In this document: in pieces, positions 23,270-36,741 of the stretch
How the letters are laid out: every line of letters starts with the position of its first letter
Position numbering within the stretch: position 1 is the first letter of the stretch
NCBI GenBank assembly: GCA_951406725.2
Contig: OX597816.1
Span: forward strand, 94,612,001 to 94,676,000
Reading direction: 5' to 3'
Origin: Octopus vulgaris
Taxonomy: Eukaryota
Length of the DNA stretch: 64,000 nt
Program-made: the position numbers and the translations under genes
The notes under the pieces: model-generated
Database searches by the model: none
Told to the model about the DNA's origin: nothing
The model's input: the letters and a program-made list of their open reading frames with translations, nothing else

Positions 23270-24530
23270 AAAAGCGATACTTAAGAGAGAAAGGAATTAC
23301 AGATGTATGAAATGGTTGGACCAGACAATGACGGTCACAGAAAGAGTCACAGCACAATTGATCTGGAACAGAATTAGCCTTGATGAGATGCAATTTGGCT
23401 TTATGCCCAGAAAAAGTACCACAGATACTATCTTCCTGGTATGGCAACTGCAGGAGAAGTACTTTACTAAAAGTAATTCACTATACCTAGCATATGTTGA
23501 CTTACAGAGGGCCTTTGACAGTGTGACACATTATGCTATTTGGTGGTTACTAAAAAAACTTAAGTGTAGATGAATGGCTTTTGAAGTTTGTATAAGCCAG
23601 GGGTCCCCAAACTTTTTAGACCATTGACCCCTTCATGGAATCCTTGACTCTTTATCAACCCCCAGGCATGTACAATAAAATAAATAAATAATGATAAGTA
23701 GATGTGCATTTATCGACCCCTTGAATAGTCCCATTGACCCCCAGGGGTTGATATCGACCACTTTATAGACCCCTGGTATAAGCTATGTACAAAGGTGCTG
23801 TCAGTAAGGCGAGAGTTGGTAATCAGTTCCATGATGGATTTTGGGTGAAGATAGATGTCCATCAAAAGTTCTGTTTTTATCTTCTTCTTGTTGATCATAG
23901 TCCTGTAGGTCATCACAGAGGAGTTCAAGATTGGCTGTCCTTGGGATTATTGTATGCTGATGACCTAGCTCTTATAGCTGAATTTATGATAGAATTAAAG
24001 AAGAAATTCCAGGAAACAACTTAGAATCAAGAGGCCTCAAAGTAAACTTAGCTAAGGCTAAGATGTTAGTAGGCAGAAAATAAGAGAGGACCCTGGTACC
24101 ATCAAGGAAATGACCTTACTTGAGAAGGAGTAAGTAGGGACTCCATTCTAAGCCGTGGGTTCACAAGAGATGTTGTGGAATTACCATTGACAGGTTAATT
24201 GAGAAAGCAGGCTTTGTATGGGACAGATACATGGGGAAATAGGCACTAAATGCTTGGCTTACTAGCAATAGTGGATAGTTTCTGTTACACAGGTAACATA
24301 AGTAGCAGTAGAAGTGATTCTTCTGCAAGTATAGAATGTAAGAACTAGCTGGTAAAAGTCCAGGGAACTTTTGCCTCTGCTTGCAACAAAGGCCTTCTCT
24401 CTTAGGGTGAAGGAGAGATTGTATGATGCTAGTGTTTGAACTGTGATGCTGCATGGTAGTGAGACATAGGTTTTGAATGCAGAAGACTTGCAAAGGCTAG
24501 AAAGAAATGACACAAGCATACTGTGATGGT
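23270..24530 (+). mobile_element. Decayed RTE LINE RT region (same family as 2035), interrupted by a hAT MITE
   Basis: LDEMQFGFMPRKSTTDTIFLVWQLQEKY..LYLAYVDLQRAFDSV; LLYADDLAL; GLKVNLAKAK. Confidence 0.9.
23598..23775. mobile_element. hAT MITE (178 bp) nested in a LINE
   Basis: CAGGGGTC...GACCCCTG TIRs. Exact 8-bp TSD GTATAAGC (23590-23597, 23776-23783); LINE coding resumes after it. Confidence 0.9.
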
Positions 24531-26049
24531 TGTTACATGAGAAAGGGAGGTATTCTTATTTTTCATGCAAGGAGATTGTTTAGATGTCCACAGTAACCAT
24601 GAGCCTTATACATCTTCACAATTCCACAGAAGGTAAGGTCTGAATCTTTATTGGGTATTTCATCTGAGGGAATGCCATTAATTTAAGATCCTAGAATCTT
24701 TTCTTCTGTATAAAACAATCAGTGGGAATGGTATAAGCCATGTTTCTGCTATCCTGTAGAACTTGTGAAACAGCAAAGTTTTTTTGACAATATCATGCTG
24801 GTGTTATTTCTAACAATATCATGTTGGAAGCAAGTCAGTCCATTTTGGATTACATGTAAAGGTAATGAACAGATCAGGATGATCAAAGTTTCTGACATTG
24901 GTAATAGAATTTTGAGTGTATTCATGCATGTATCTGAGCCCTCATATAAAAGATGATGGCAAGGTGACCAACATTTGCTAGATTTTCATCATTGTTCAAG
25001 GCATCTTTTAGATGAATTTATTTTCCAACTCTTAACTTAGACTGATTCCACCTTTTCATAAAAATCCACTATAACTGATTGAAAGGTTTGCAGAAGTTTC
25101 AGTTTGATCTGATCAGCAACATATTAGCACAGAGATCATTTGCTGGCACCTTTCACCTTTCATCACATACTTCTCGAAAAATATATATGAGAAGATATTG
25201 CAATAAGTTAAATGGATGGTGTATTTCTGAGACTGATGAGAAGTTGGTTACATTTATACAGATTTATGTCTCTTTTATGAAGTTCCTGCCCAACAGTGAC
25301 TACCTCTTTGCAAATAGAAGCATGGAAAAGATGTTTGTGTTCTCTAGAGGATACTTTATCTATATAGAGATAACTTTCATTTCTATCCATATTTTCAAAT
25401 ACAATCTTTACATAATCACCATGCTAATGCAATAGTTCTTGAATATCAAAAATAACGAAAAATCTGTGATGTTACAACATTGCACTGTTTGTCTTGTTTG
25501 TCACCCTTGAAGTATATCTGTAGTGAAAGAAATGAACCTGTGTAATTTTAAATTTGCTTCTGTATTTTGAATGTAGACATTCATCTTTCTTTAACAACCC
25601 CACTAGCTCCAAAAGAAGTGATTTGGAAGCAAGAATTGTATCTTCTTTCCTTAGAAGTCATTTGTTTCTCTTAAACAATTAAGTGGTTTTGGAAGTATTG
25701 ATATAGGTTGTAATTTTATCACTCCATTTAAACATTATATGCCTGAAGCGTCTCTTTATTATTTTTTTTTACTCCACAATATTCATATGTTAGAGACATT
25801 TCATTTAACAAGATGTTACACACATTTCACTAATAAGATTCGTAATCCATGTTTTTGTCATATTCAATTGATTTTTCTTTAACTTGCCACTTCTCACTTC
25901 TTGCTGCTTGATTTCTAGCCTTGGTTTCTTAAAGATGATCTCACCTGTCTTCACTTTTTAGATTACTTGTCCCCATTATTTCAAAAGACTTTTTCCTTTG
26001 GTATTCTGGCTGCTGTTAGTGATTGTCAAGGTTGTATGCAAGAGGACAT

Positions 26050-26340
26050 TGTTTAAATGGTTCTTTTAGTCATGTTGGTTATGATTAATCTAGGATTAAT
26101 TATTTTGTCACATACTCTGACTAACTTAGTTACTTATCCACTTCCCTTGCTAACAATATCCCTGTACCTTACATTTCAGCACCAAAAATGTTTGGTTGAG
26201 GTTCCTTTTTTGTACACAATACACATTTATTCACCTCTATTTCAGCATCTCTACAATTTCTGTAGACCTACCTATTATCAGGTTAATTTTGCTGATGACA
26301 GTCCTGGAGTTTTGTATTTAACAGGAAAAAGTTAATTTCC
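26050..26340 (+). mobile_element. Highly decayed L2/CR1-like RT fragment
   Basis: PFLYTIHIYSPL...FADDS resembles the LINE RT motif C region. Confidence 0.35.
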
Positions 26341-28112
26341 AGTGGTTGATTGGTTGTTTGATGTCTATTTTCAATGTTTAAATAGAAGAGAGTTGCTGCA
26401 ATCATTTGATAAGGGTTTGTCTGTCTCTTTGTTGGCATACACCTGGAATGATTTGAATTGACTCCAACCAATGCATTTACAGTTTTGCCGACAGTATCCC
26501 ACTGCTTGCATAATAGATGAATGTTGAGAGGCTCTCATACACAGCCAAATGTACTCCTCTCACCACCCTGCTGCCATATTCATAACTAGCATGGTCAGTG
26601 CTAGTAGTCTGTATGTAAGTAATATTTTTCATTGCATTTGTGATTGTCTTGATATTGGTATGGTTTATTGGTTAGATGTTTTTCTTACCACCAACCATTT
26701 TACTGTAGTGTCTGTCAAGACAAAGATGTCCTATCTACACTATGTCAGTTTTTATTCAGAGTTATTGCTTTCTTAGAAGTATTGCCCTTGCTGTGGCTTG
26801 TGGAGTGCCCTCTCTCTGCAAAATTTCATTCGGAATTAGTTTTCCTAGTTGTTGCTGAATTCTCACCTGCTTTGTGTAGAATTTCATTCGGACTTATTAT
26901 CCTGTTAGTTGGATTGTCATTTCACTATAGCTCATATCCCTCCATAATGTGAGGGATGCTCACACTGTGGAGATAGAAAGACTAAGTCTTTCTCTGTAAT
27001 ATTTCTAAAAGTGGGCGCAGCATGGAAGTTAACTGGTGGTTTTGTTTGGAATGTATAAATTCCTAAAAATGGAGTGTTATGCATAAAACAGACTGGTGGG
27101 TTTTAGTAACTGGAATAATGCTGTCTGGTTGCACTTGTCATGATAGGAGCTAGGACAAGAGTATAAGGAACATTTAATGCTCCTGACTGAATGCATTTGC
27201 CAAGTAACGCTCAATAGAAAGCTAATGCTGACCAATAAAACCCCGAGAGAGGGAGAGCATTCATAGAGAGTTATTGTCTTTTAATTTTAAGAATAATTTT
27301 ATCCAATCAAATGTTTCACCTCACTATATTACATATGTGAGAGTCTACCATGCAAAAACATTCCACTGAGGATATTTTCCTTGATCTCTATTATTGATAT
27401 TCATAATCAGTGTCACTGTCTTCCTTTTTGTACATAAAATGATCAGCACTAAGTGTGCCATTTAACTTGAACATGCTTTGTTGAAGAGAGATAAGATCTA
27501 AAGGTGTCATCCACTTATTTTAACAGTTGGCTTTACAGATAAGATCTATTTCTGTGATTTTCACTTCCCCTTATCATTAGATTCAATGTATTCATCTTCT
27601 TAACTCCATTACAATATCTTTTCTTTTTTGTTAATTGGCACTACGGAAAAAGAAATTAGTTACAGTGTAATTACTTGTTGGAAATATGAAGCTTTGCCAG
27701 AAACATACTTAGGAGAGTTATTAAGCATGATAATATCTTCAGTTGTTTTTATTTGTAAAGCGGTAGTTCATGTTGCTCTCTTATCACAACAGTTTCAGTA
27801 GAATTAAATTTGTTAATAATGTTGTAATGTTAACTTTTAAATTACTAAAGTTTTTTATAATTCTTTTTATCAGAAGTGCACTATCAATACTGAAACAAAC
27901 ATGTGAAGAACTTAAAGCATAGTTTTATAAAATACTGTATGTTTTAATGATTGATATATTACGTGTTGGTAACAGGAAGAGCATCTGGCTGTCAGCAACT
28001 GTCTTAGTGAATCTTATCCTATCCATGCCAGCATGGAAAAAGCAGACGTGAAAACAATGATGATTGTGGTTATAAACAGTGCTGAAAGTGAAAGTATTTA
28101 TACTTGTATGTT

Positions 28113-28275
28113 GGCACAGATGTGACTGTGTGGCTAAGAAGTTTGCTTCCTAACCATATGGTTTGGGGTTCAGTCCTATTACATGGAACTTTGTGTAAGT
28201 GTCTTCTAAAACCTTGGACCAATCAAAGCTTTGTGGGTGGTTTTAGTTGACAGAAACTGAAAGAAGTCCATTGTA
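28113..28275 (+). mobile_element. tRNA-derived CORE-like SINE
   Basis: GGCACAGATGTGACTGTGTGGCTAAGAAGTTTGCTTCCTAACC..GGTTCAGTCC head, ending GAAACTGAAAGAAG then (TA)n. (GAT)-tailed repeat pieces flank it at ~27965-28065 and ~28430-28545. Confidence 0.7.
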
Positions 28276-30244
28276 TATATATATATGTATGTACTACATA
28301 TGTTTTATGTATACCCTAGTTTTGACATCATGTGATGGTTGTAAACGAGCATCACTAACATACAAGTGATGTTATTTGTTTCCAGTCTCCTGCGAAAAAT
28401 ATGTCTGGAAATGGGGAAATATTACTTTGCTTGGAAACAAGTGAGGGCTAGTGACAGGAAAGACATCCAACCATAGAAAACCTACTTCAATAAGTTATGT
28501 TTGATTTTGGAATCCTGGGAAAGTAGATGTTAAATGGTAATGATCATTGAGAGAACTCCTTTGTACTTGCCCAATATATTCAATGTAGAAACTTCCTTAA
28601 CAAACACCCTGTTGTCTTTAAAATGGGAACCATAGATTTTGAGACATAAATGTTTGATCAGTGTACTGTCAAAAAAATTAACACCTGAGACACCCTGTAT
28701 GTTCAGGTTCTGAATCTATCCAGAATTCCTGTTACTTGTATGTATGCATATTTGGATATCAGTGACATATGGTAAGCTCAGAAATAGGTTGTATTAAATT
28801 TTATAGTGAGTATGTTTCAATGATTTTATGTTCATGTATCGTGCTAGAAATGGGAAATACATGATTACCCTTTATATAGGAAATATGATGGTCAGGGACT
28901 GAAATGTACAAAAAATCCCCTTCCTTACTGTGCAAATTAGTATATAATAAATGTGTTCACTATTTAGCCTTTCATGCATGATTTTGTATTTAGAAATTAT
29001 CTTTATTTTTATAATTCACCTCCACACTATTGCTTACTGTATATTCAGCAGCTAATAAAATGATATTCATTACACTATCTCCATTACATATTTACCGTAC
29101 CTCCTTTAATTTATGGATTATATGCATGAAAAAAAAAAAAAAAACTATAAATTTTCTGTATAATTGAAAGTTTAGAGGAATAACATTCTAGTAAGTTGGG
29201 AAAATGAATGGACCTTACTGCCATTAATAAAATGGCTGAGTTTGAGATGAAGAAAAGGTGTCAGTAGAAATTCCATATAATTACCAAATGTAAACTATTG
29301 GCACGCAAGAGATGTAGTGGATTCATAAGCAGGTAGACTTTGTGTATGGTAACCTGCTTACAGAGTACATGTGAAATAGATTCCTTCAACTTCCTAGATG
29401 TTTCCTACATGTATTTAATAGCATTTGTTATCCCAGGGACCTAATTAGCAGTGGGAATAGATATTCTGAAAGCATAGCAGCTAGAGTTGGAGTGGAAAAA
29501 GTATATTGAGCTGTTACCTCTACTGGAAGGTTTATCTGCCAAAGTGAAATTCAGTCTATGATGCTTGTTTCCTTGAACATGCAGAGATAATGTAGTCTTC
29601 TCAGTGACAAGGCAACTCGTCTAGTGCTATAAAATGCATTCAGTACACTCCTATAGAATTGTTGTCACTAAAAAGAGTATACAGCTGTAGACACCATGTA
29701 GGAGTGAGCTGTGGGCTCCAACATGTCTAAGTTGGCAGTTATTCCAAATAAGAACTCAAACTGTGATGTTCGATAATTTGATGTTTTGATACTTTTGCAC
29801 CTTGTATTTTTCTCTCTTGTGCAAATCATTACTCACAAATCTGGGAACCACAAACGGATGTGGTGAGTGTTTCAGATTTGTGATTGTTGTATGCACAAAT
29901 GAAAAATCACCACTTTTGTAGTTTGCTTGATTCGTAGGAGCATTTATTGGTTATATGTCTGTTTGCTTGTCGTATTGTTAGCAGTGTATTGGTCATGCAC
30001 TGTTATTTTTGTCATTGTGATAGGAAAATAGCACAAAGTGATCTTTCTCAATGAAAAGTTGACAGCCACCTCACACACTTTGGATTCTTGCGGAGAGAAT
30101 GAATATCTTTAATCCATACACTACGAATGATCAGGATAGCTGGCACTATAAAAATTTGCAGGACCTTCTTAAAATTTAAAAGATAATGAGCAAAACAAAA
30201 TGCTTTCCTTCCTTGCTATCAACCAGGTGGCCAGTCAAAATTCT

Positions 30245-30451
30245 TTTCTATTTTAGGCCAAGGCCCGAAATTTTTTTTGGTGGTGGTGGTGGGCAGTCAA
30301 TTAGATCGACTCCAGTATGCAACTGGTACTTAATTTATCGATCCCAAAAAGATGAAAGCAAAGTCGACCTCGGCGGAATTTGAACTCAGGACATAAAGAC
30401 AGACGAAATACAGCTAGGCATTTCGCCCGGCGTGCTAACGATTTTGCCTTG
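30245..30451 (-). mobile_element. Nin/Deu-like tRNA SINE
   Basis: Reverse complement of the 7221 family; GTCAAAATTCT direct repeats on the flanks; CpGs retained. Confidence 0.85.
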
Positions 30452-30494
30452 GTCAAAATTCTAAATTAAAAAGAGAAACAGAACACACAAACAT

Positions 30495-30497
<3 letters not shown>

Positions 30498-30539
<42 letters not shown>

Positions 30540-30840
30540 CACACGTTTTTGTATTTTGTGTGTACGTATGTATATTTTTGTATGTAGGTATATGGGTGTG
30601 TTTATGTGCATGTATGTATTTCTTTTTCTTCAGCTGACTCGTGTTTATATATTTTTCATGTATGTGTATATATATGTATATGTAAGTATATATGTTTATG
30701 TGTATGGATGTATATTTGTGTATGTATGTGTATGCACATGTATATTTGTGTATTCATACACGAATACACATACATATACTTAGACAAACATACATACACT
30801 CTAACAAACACATAATACATATACAAAATATACATAAACA
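30498..30840. repeat. (GA)n plus degenerate (TG/TA)n microsatellite field
   Basis: Directly visible; the source of several spurious ORFs. Confidence 0.9.
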
Positions 30841-33800
30841 CAGACGATTCTGTTGAAAAAGAATTTAAGAACTAAAAATCTTTTTCTGGAAATAATCGAA
30901 TAAATATCTTCATTTCTCATTTGCTTTTTCAGAAAGATTGCCGAAGTGTGAATTTCAGTAATTCATCCTACACTTTTGTTTATTTGACAACTCAGCAGCT
31001 TGTTATTTATCGGGTCTTTTTACTGACGTCTACATTACTCCAGCTTCTTGCCTTGAGTAAATACCATACAGTGTTTGGAACACGACATGTCCATCTCTCT
31101 AATTCTATTCTGCTACTGCTAGCAAGGGTTACTATTATTTCTAGCATCACAGTTGATTCTAATTCCTTAAGAAGTATTATTTACTTTTCTAACTTCGATC
31201 TAGTGCTCATAAAATTATTAACAATGTAAACAATTGATTGTATTTACTTAGTCAAAAATTAATCTTTTATTTTGGCTTTATTATTTCAGGGGTCTAAACT
31301 AGGTTTCGAACTCGGTTCGCCAATGTTTTGCATTAGTACTACTCTGGACCCGCCCCCTTAAGATATATATACGTGTTATTGAAATTATTTCAAAGTCATC
31401 ATAAATTGAAGAAATAATGTTTCCTTTGTTAAAAAAAAAAATTCTAGATAGTGTTTTTGGCAATTGTTATATTTCCCAATGGCATCAGCAACATATGTAG
31501 ACTAGAATAGGTTTGACCGGGAATTGAAGCCTCAAAACGATTTTGCTTTCATATGAGCTTACTTCATGTCTAAATATGAATAAAAACATTGAACAAGAAA
31601 TTAGGGTGGATTTTAGGAATAGCTCACTTCGTCGGAATTGGGTGTTTTCTTTTTATTATTCTTCATTTCCTTACTATTGTCTCATACAACAGAAATTACG
31701 ATTCTGGAAGAATTATTTTTTCCATTGTTAGTCTCTATCCCTTCTCTGATTCCGTTCCCTTTTCATTCCTCATGAGATAGCGATAACCATTCCAAAAACT
31801 CCACCGAAATAAATTTCCCATTTTGGCTCAAATGGAAACAGTAGAAATGATACAGTTGATAGTATCCAGCGTGTCGCTATTATTTATGTCGGACGCATGA
31901 CAATGATATTTGAAGGCGACTGATAGCACAGACAGGCTCTCTATCGTCTCGTCTGTCTAAAACTGTCTTTGATATTAAAAAAAAAAATTGTCAGAAATTT
32001 ATATAATTCTCTCTTCTATCCATATATAGGACCGCTTGTTTAATATGCTATTTAATATACAATCGTTCATCGTGATATCTTTTTCATTTGTAGTTTTAAC
32101 TTATCGTTGGAAATAATTCTGTTTATTGTCACACTCCGTTTACAATTTTTAGCGGAAAGAAATAGGTGTAACTTTATTGATTAACCATGTATCTCTCCTC
32201 ATTCGCACACGTCTCTACTCTATCCTAACATATCGCCACGTCTGTCTGTCGATATTCGTTTATTTCTTAATCTGTCTTTCTCTCTCTTCATACGCTTGTC
32301 TGTGTGTATGTATATGTATGGCCATCATGTGTATCAAAATACACGAAAATCGAAATCACATGGTCATTTGTATTCACACTTCTACAAATTTCGATCAATA
32401 TTCCTATAATATTTAGTTTTCAGCGATAGTTTTTTCTCGGAAGGCTATCGCAGTTGATCCAACTAATTAGTGTGTGTAGATAGGACGGTTATATACGTGT
32501 GTGTAAAGTCAATTTTTTCAGTATGACAGAAGGATCGAATTGGCTAGAAATTTACTTGACGCTTGTAGATGAATTGTTTTCGAAGTGTGTGTGAATTAAC
32601 TTGGAATATAAAATGTAAAACAGTATATCAGACATGGAGAGCTAGAGAATGGGAAAAAGAAAGGAGTGGGAGAAAAGACGTGGAAGCTTATTCGGATGCA
32701 GACGTGTATGAATGGAGAGAGTTATGCAGTCAATGTCAGATAGTCAAACTGATTTTTTTTACGTCCGTGTTTTAGAAGCTTTGGATTATTAAATCTATTA
32801 TATCGATGTTGATGAAATTGCGTAGTCATCTTTGCTAATATCTTCATGGTCCAGTGGTATTTTTTTTTCTCTCTAGTTTCAGCTCAGAGCTGCGGCCATG
32901 CTGATGCACCGCCGTTATGTTGAGTTTTATGTGATGTTTAATCACAGGTTAACACGTACCGAGCAAAATTATGATCAAAGGCATTCCAACCATTACTTTC
33001 TCGTCTTTTGGGGGGTTATATACCACTACATTATTTAATGTGTCCTTTTTTGAGTCAGGGTATTTGTGGATGATTTGACTGCTACTTCTTGCGGGTGGAG
33101 CGATCACTTAGAGGCTCTATCGTTAATATCCATACGCCTGTTTTCTAACTGTAAGCTGGCCTTGATTGAGCTGACCTATGGTACAAGATATGCAAGTCGT
33201 GACCATTATCTCTTTTTAAAATGGTAGTAATATATGTAGGATTACACGGGCTGTTGACCATAGCTGTGTACTGGGTGTGGCATGTAGCTATGTGGAATCA
33301 TAGTTTAGTTCTATGTTAGCTCTAGTCGAGCAAATCAAAAACATTCCAGTTGTGACCATTTCCTCTTTTTTCCTCAGACATTGTGTATCTACAAATATAA
33401 CCAATGTCCTTTTTTTTTTTTAAAAAAAAAGTAGCAAATTGTGATTTGAGTGAGATTTTGCTGCTATTTATAAGCTAGCTAAGTAACCTTATAGAAACCC
33501 TCTGACTAGTTTGTAACTGTGTTTGCAATATTATGTTAGGTAATGTCTACAATTGTGTGCTGTACTGCCAACAGCTATATGGAGTATTTCCCATGGCTAT
33601 GTTGGGTATTTCCCACAGCTATGTGAGTGTCTCCCACAGTTGTGTGAAGTATTGCTTATACCTGTAACTGTTTAATGTTTGATCCTAACTGCCTGCTGTT
33701 TGCTCATAAATGATGAAATAGGCACCAGAGATACATTGCATGAAGCAGGAACTGTAGGAGCTGTTTACTGTCAAGTGAAAGAGATTACACAGTTCCTGCT

Positions 33801-34819
33801 TTCTAATCTCTTTCACTTGATGGTAAACCAAAGCATTAATATTACTGGGATTTCTTATGTATATTCAGCACAGTTATCTCCGGGTCATATGTGTTTTACT
33901 TAACCCATACACTTTACCTGAGTGGGCTAATGAGAATCAAATTAGCCTTTGCAGTAGAAAGGTTCTATCTCTGATCTTTCTGTGGACTTAATTCATGAGA
34001 CTGAGTGCTAGTCTTGATATTTGCAGTTGGTGAAAGATGTCTAGTCTGTGCTCCCAAGTTAACTGTGATTTTGGCCACCAATATGCTTTTTGTGCTGGAT
34101 AGAAGAGTCATACCTACAATTTCTTTGAGAAAGTCAAGTCATCCTATCAGATCCACTTGCAACTTCTAGTCAGTTATTTGATGCAAAATAAAAAGCAGGT
34201 TCTCATCTTTTGTTTTAGCTTTAACATCTTATCGCTTAGATGATAAAATATTTATTAAAAATATCAGTGTTCAGAGGCAGTAAATAGACAAAAGTCTCCT
34301 TGTTACCTACAGCATTTCACATATACCCCACAAGTATAATGAAGTTACAAATATAAAATTAAACTCAAAAGGGACTCAAAATCTATTGCACATTTGGGTG
34401 GTGTTGCTTGATGCTTGTTGGTTTTAAATCTGTGCAAGACCATCCATTTGACAATTTCTGTAAGGACTTTGTTGTACCTCATCTTGTAATCACCTCTAAC
34501 ACCTTAATATGGTTCAAAGTGCTTCACACAGTTTGCAGTATGGGTTCCTTTCATTACCCAAGATTGCTTAAAGTTGGTAAGAGAATTAGTCACAGCACAC
34601 AGAAAGGAGAGCAACCTGCAGACTGCCTAACCATGTCATTTCTCTCTCTCTCCCTTGTCCTCTTCCCTGACAACTGTATCATCTTTACTACTCCTACTAA
34701 TCACCACTCCCACTATCTTCTGCATCTGTATTTGTCCCTAACTCATGGCTCCCTGTTCATCCATCCTTCAACCCTGCCCTATTTTGAGTCCATTGCAAGG
34801 GACTCAAAATACATGTATT

Positions 34820-35210
34820 TCATCATCATCATCATCCTTTAACGTTTATTTTCCTTGCTGGCATGGGTTGGACAGTTTGATTGGAGCTGGCAAGCTGGAG
34901 AGCTGCACCAAGTTCTAGCTTTATTTGGCTTGGTTTCTATGGTTGGATGCCCTTCCTAATGCCCACCATTTTTCAGTGTGTACTGGGTGCTTTTAATGTG
35001 GCACTGCAGGAATGCTTTTATGTGGCACCAGTTTGAGTGTTTTTTTACATGACGCTAGCTCAAGACTCTTGCAGGCCAATCCTTCTCGCCACGAGGAGCA
35101 GCTTTAACACTTCAGCTGCATATGATAGATCTTCTTGAGTACAGCAAAGTACCAGGTATCTCAGTCATCTCGTCTGAAAGGCTCAGTGTCCTGAGGTCAT
35201 CCTTCATTGT
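34820..35210 (-). mobile_element. (GAT)n-tailed retroposon / RTE 3' end
   Basis: (CAT)n, GGATGCCCTTCCTAATGCC, then an RTE C-terminus-like piece at ~35130-35210. Confidence 0.7.
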
Positions 35211-35419
35211 CCACTATTTCTCATGCAATCCCTAGCAACGTCTTGTAGAACCCTAGGCATTGAGAAATGCTGTTGTTTAATTAGTGTATACTACATTCAG
35301 CTAATTTAAGCCTGTCACATTGTCAGTGGTATGTGGCTAGAGTGTGTACTACCTGGGACAGCCTTGAGTTTGCCACCTCCACTCCAAATTAATTGCACAG
35401 TGATTCTGTCTTAAGGCTA

Positions 35420-36400
35420 TGAAGTACTGGTTGCTTAACGTGGATGTAATTTGTGAAAGAGGGAGATCCAAGAAGACATGGGATGATGTAGTGAAGGCTG
35501 ATCTGAAGATGCTGAGCTTTATGGGGGAGATGACAAAGGATCCTGATGTTTGCTGATTCATTGTACTTGAGAAGAGTTGTACATCACAGCCAAAAATTAT
35601 GCTCTAAAACCGCCTTAGTTATGCTTGTACATGCAGGGGCCTTCCCCTCCTCTCTCACTGCTCCATCAAGCACTTGCCCACATCTCATCCCCTAACACTC
35701 ATCAATGTTACTACTTGGCTGCTGTAATCACCTCAGAACAGAATTGGTTCATATTACATCCCTTTCCCCATTTATTTGTACTTCCATTTATCTTCCCCCC
35801 TCCCCCTGAAATAACTTCCATTTCTCATTATTTTCCCTGCCCACCTTATTTCCACCAATTACCTCCTTTCTGTGCTTTCAATCATTGCTCTGTCTATCTG
35901 TCTCTCTCCCTCCCCCTCTCCTCCCTTATCTCTGCCATACTTCATTCTTAACATCTCTCATGTCTCCTATCATTCTCAGTGCCTTCTCATACCTGCCATC
36001 ACATCTCACTTACTATGGACCTCTCTTATGTATCTCTACATCTTCCTCCCCACCAGTCCTACGTCTTGCACATTGTTTCATTATTTTCTGATATATTTTT
36101 CCTTCTTGAACCATTCCTATATCTCTTGCTTTACCCCTCTCCATACTGGTATTTCCCATCAACTGCACCTCAACCCTGGTTCATCACTCACTACATTCAC
36201 CTTCATCACTATCAGTCACCATCTATTAACTCTCTCAAGTCACACTCTAATGAAACTTTTCTCCTCTCCTCTCCTGATCCACTGTCTGTATCCTCTCTTA
36301 TACTCACTTTCTTGTACCTTTTGAGTTTGCTCTGGCAAACTCACCACCATCTCTATCTTCCTTACAGCTACTTCCACCCACCAACCCACCATTATATAAT
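35420..36400 (+). mobile_element. RTE LINE C-terminus followed by a long pyrimidine-rich 3' UTR tract
   Basis: RGRSKKTWDDVVKADLKMLSF..EMTKD, then a C/T-rich low-complexity tract at 35630-36400. Confidence 0.65.
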
Positions 36401-36530
36401 GTGGTGTTGCTGGTTGAGTAACTGAAAAGAGATTCCCTCTGTGTTCTTAGTTACACTTGATAGTGTCCATAACAGTGTGATATATTGTCCATATTTATGA
36501 GTCGTTTTGTAAATATTTCTTAGAGATATT

Positions 36531-36741
36531 CTTTTCTACTCTAGGTACAAGGCCCAAAATTTTGTAGGAGTGGGCCAGTCGACTAGATCAACCCCAGTAT
36601 GCAACTGGTGCTTAATTTATCGACCCCGAAAGGATGAAAGGCAAAGTTGACCTTGGCAGAATTTAAACTCAGGATGTAAAAACATACGAAATACTGCTAA
36701 GCATTTTGCCTGGTGTGCTAACATTTCTGCCAGCTTTCCAC
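36531..36741 (-). mobile_element. Nin/Deu-like tRNA SINE
   Basis: Family match; TSD CTTAGAGATATT. Further copies at ~39225-39430 (-), 60364-60570 (+) and 61726-61925 (-). Confidence 0.85.

Noticed and set aside
33565-33655. Short degenerate tandem arrays (~21-bp units; also 44644-44695 and 48110-48310) considered as CRISPR-like
   Set aside because: No unique spacers, eukaryotic context; ordinary minisatellites.
35625-36425. Overlapping 100-150 aa ORFs (also 41780-42332, 62659-63041)
   Set aside because: Stop-poor low-complexity pyrimidine tracts; the translations are S/L/H/P-rich with no domain signal.
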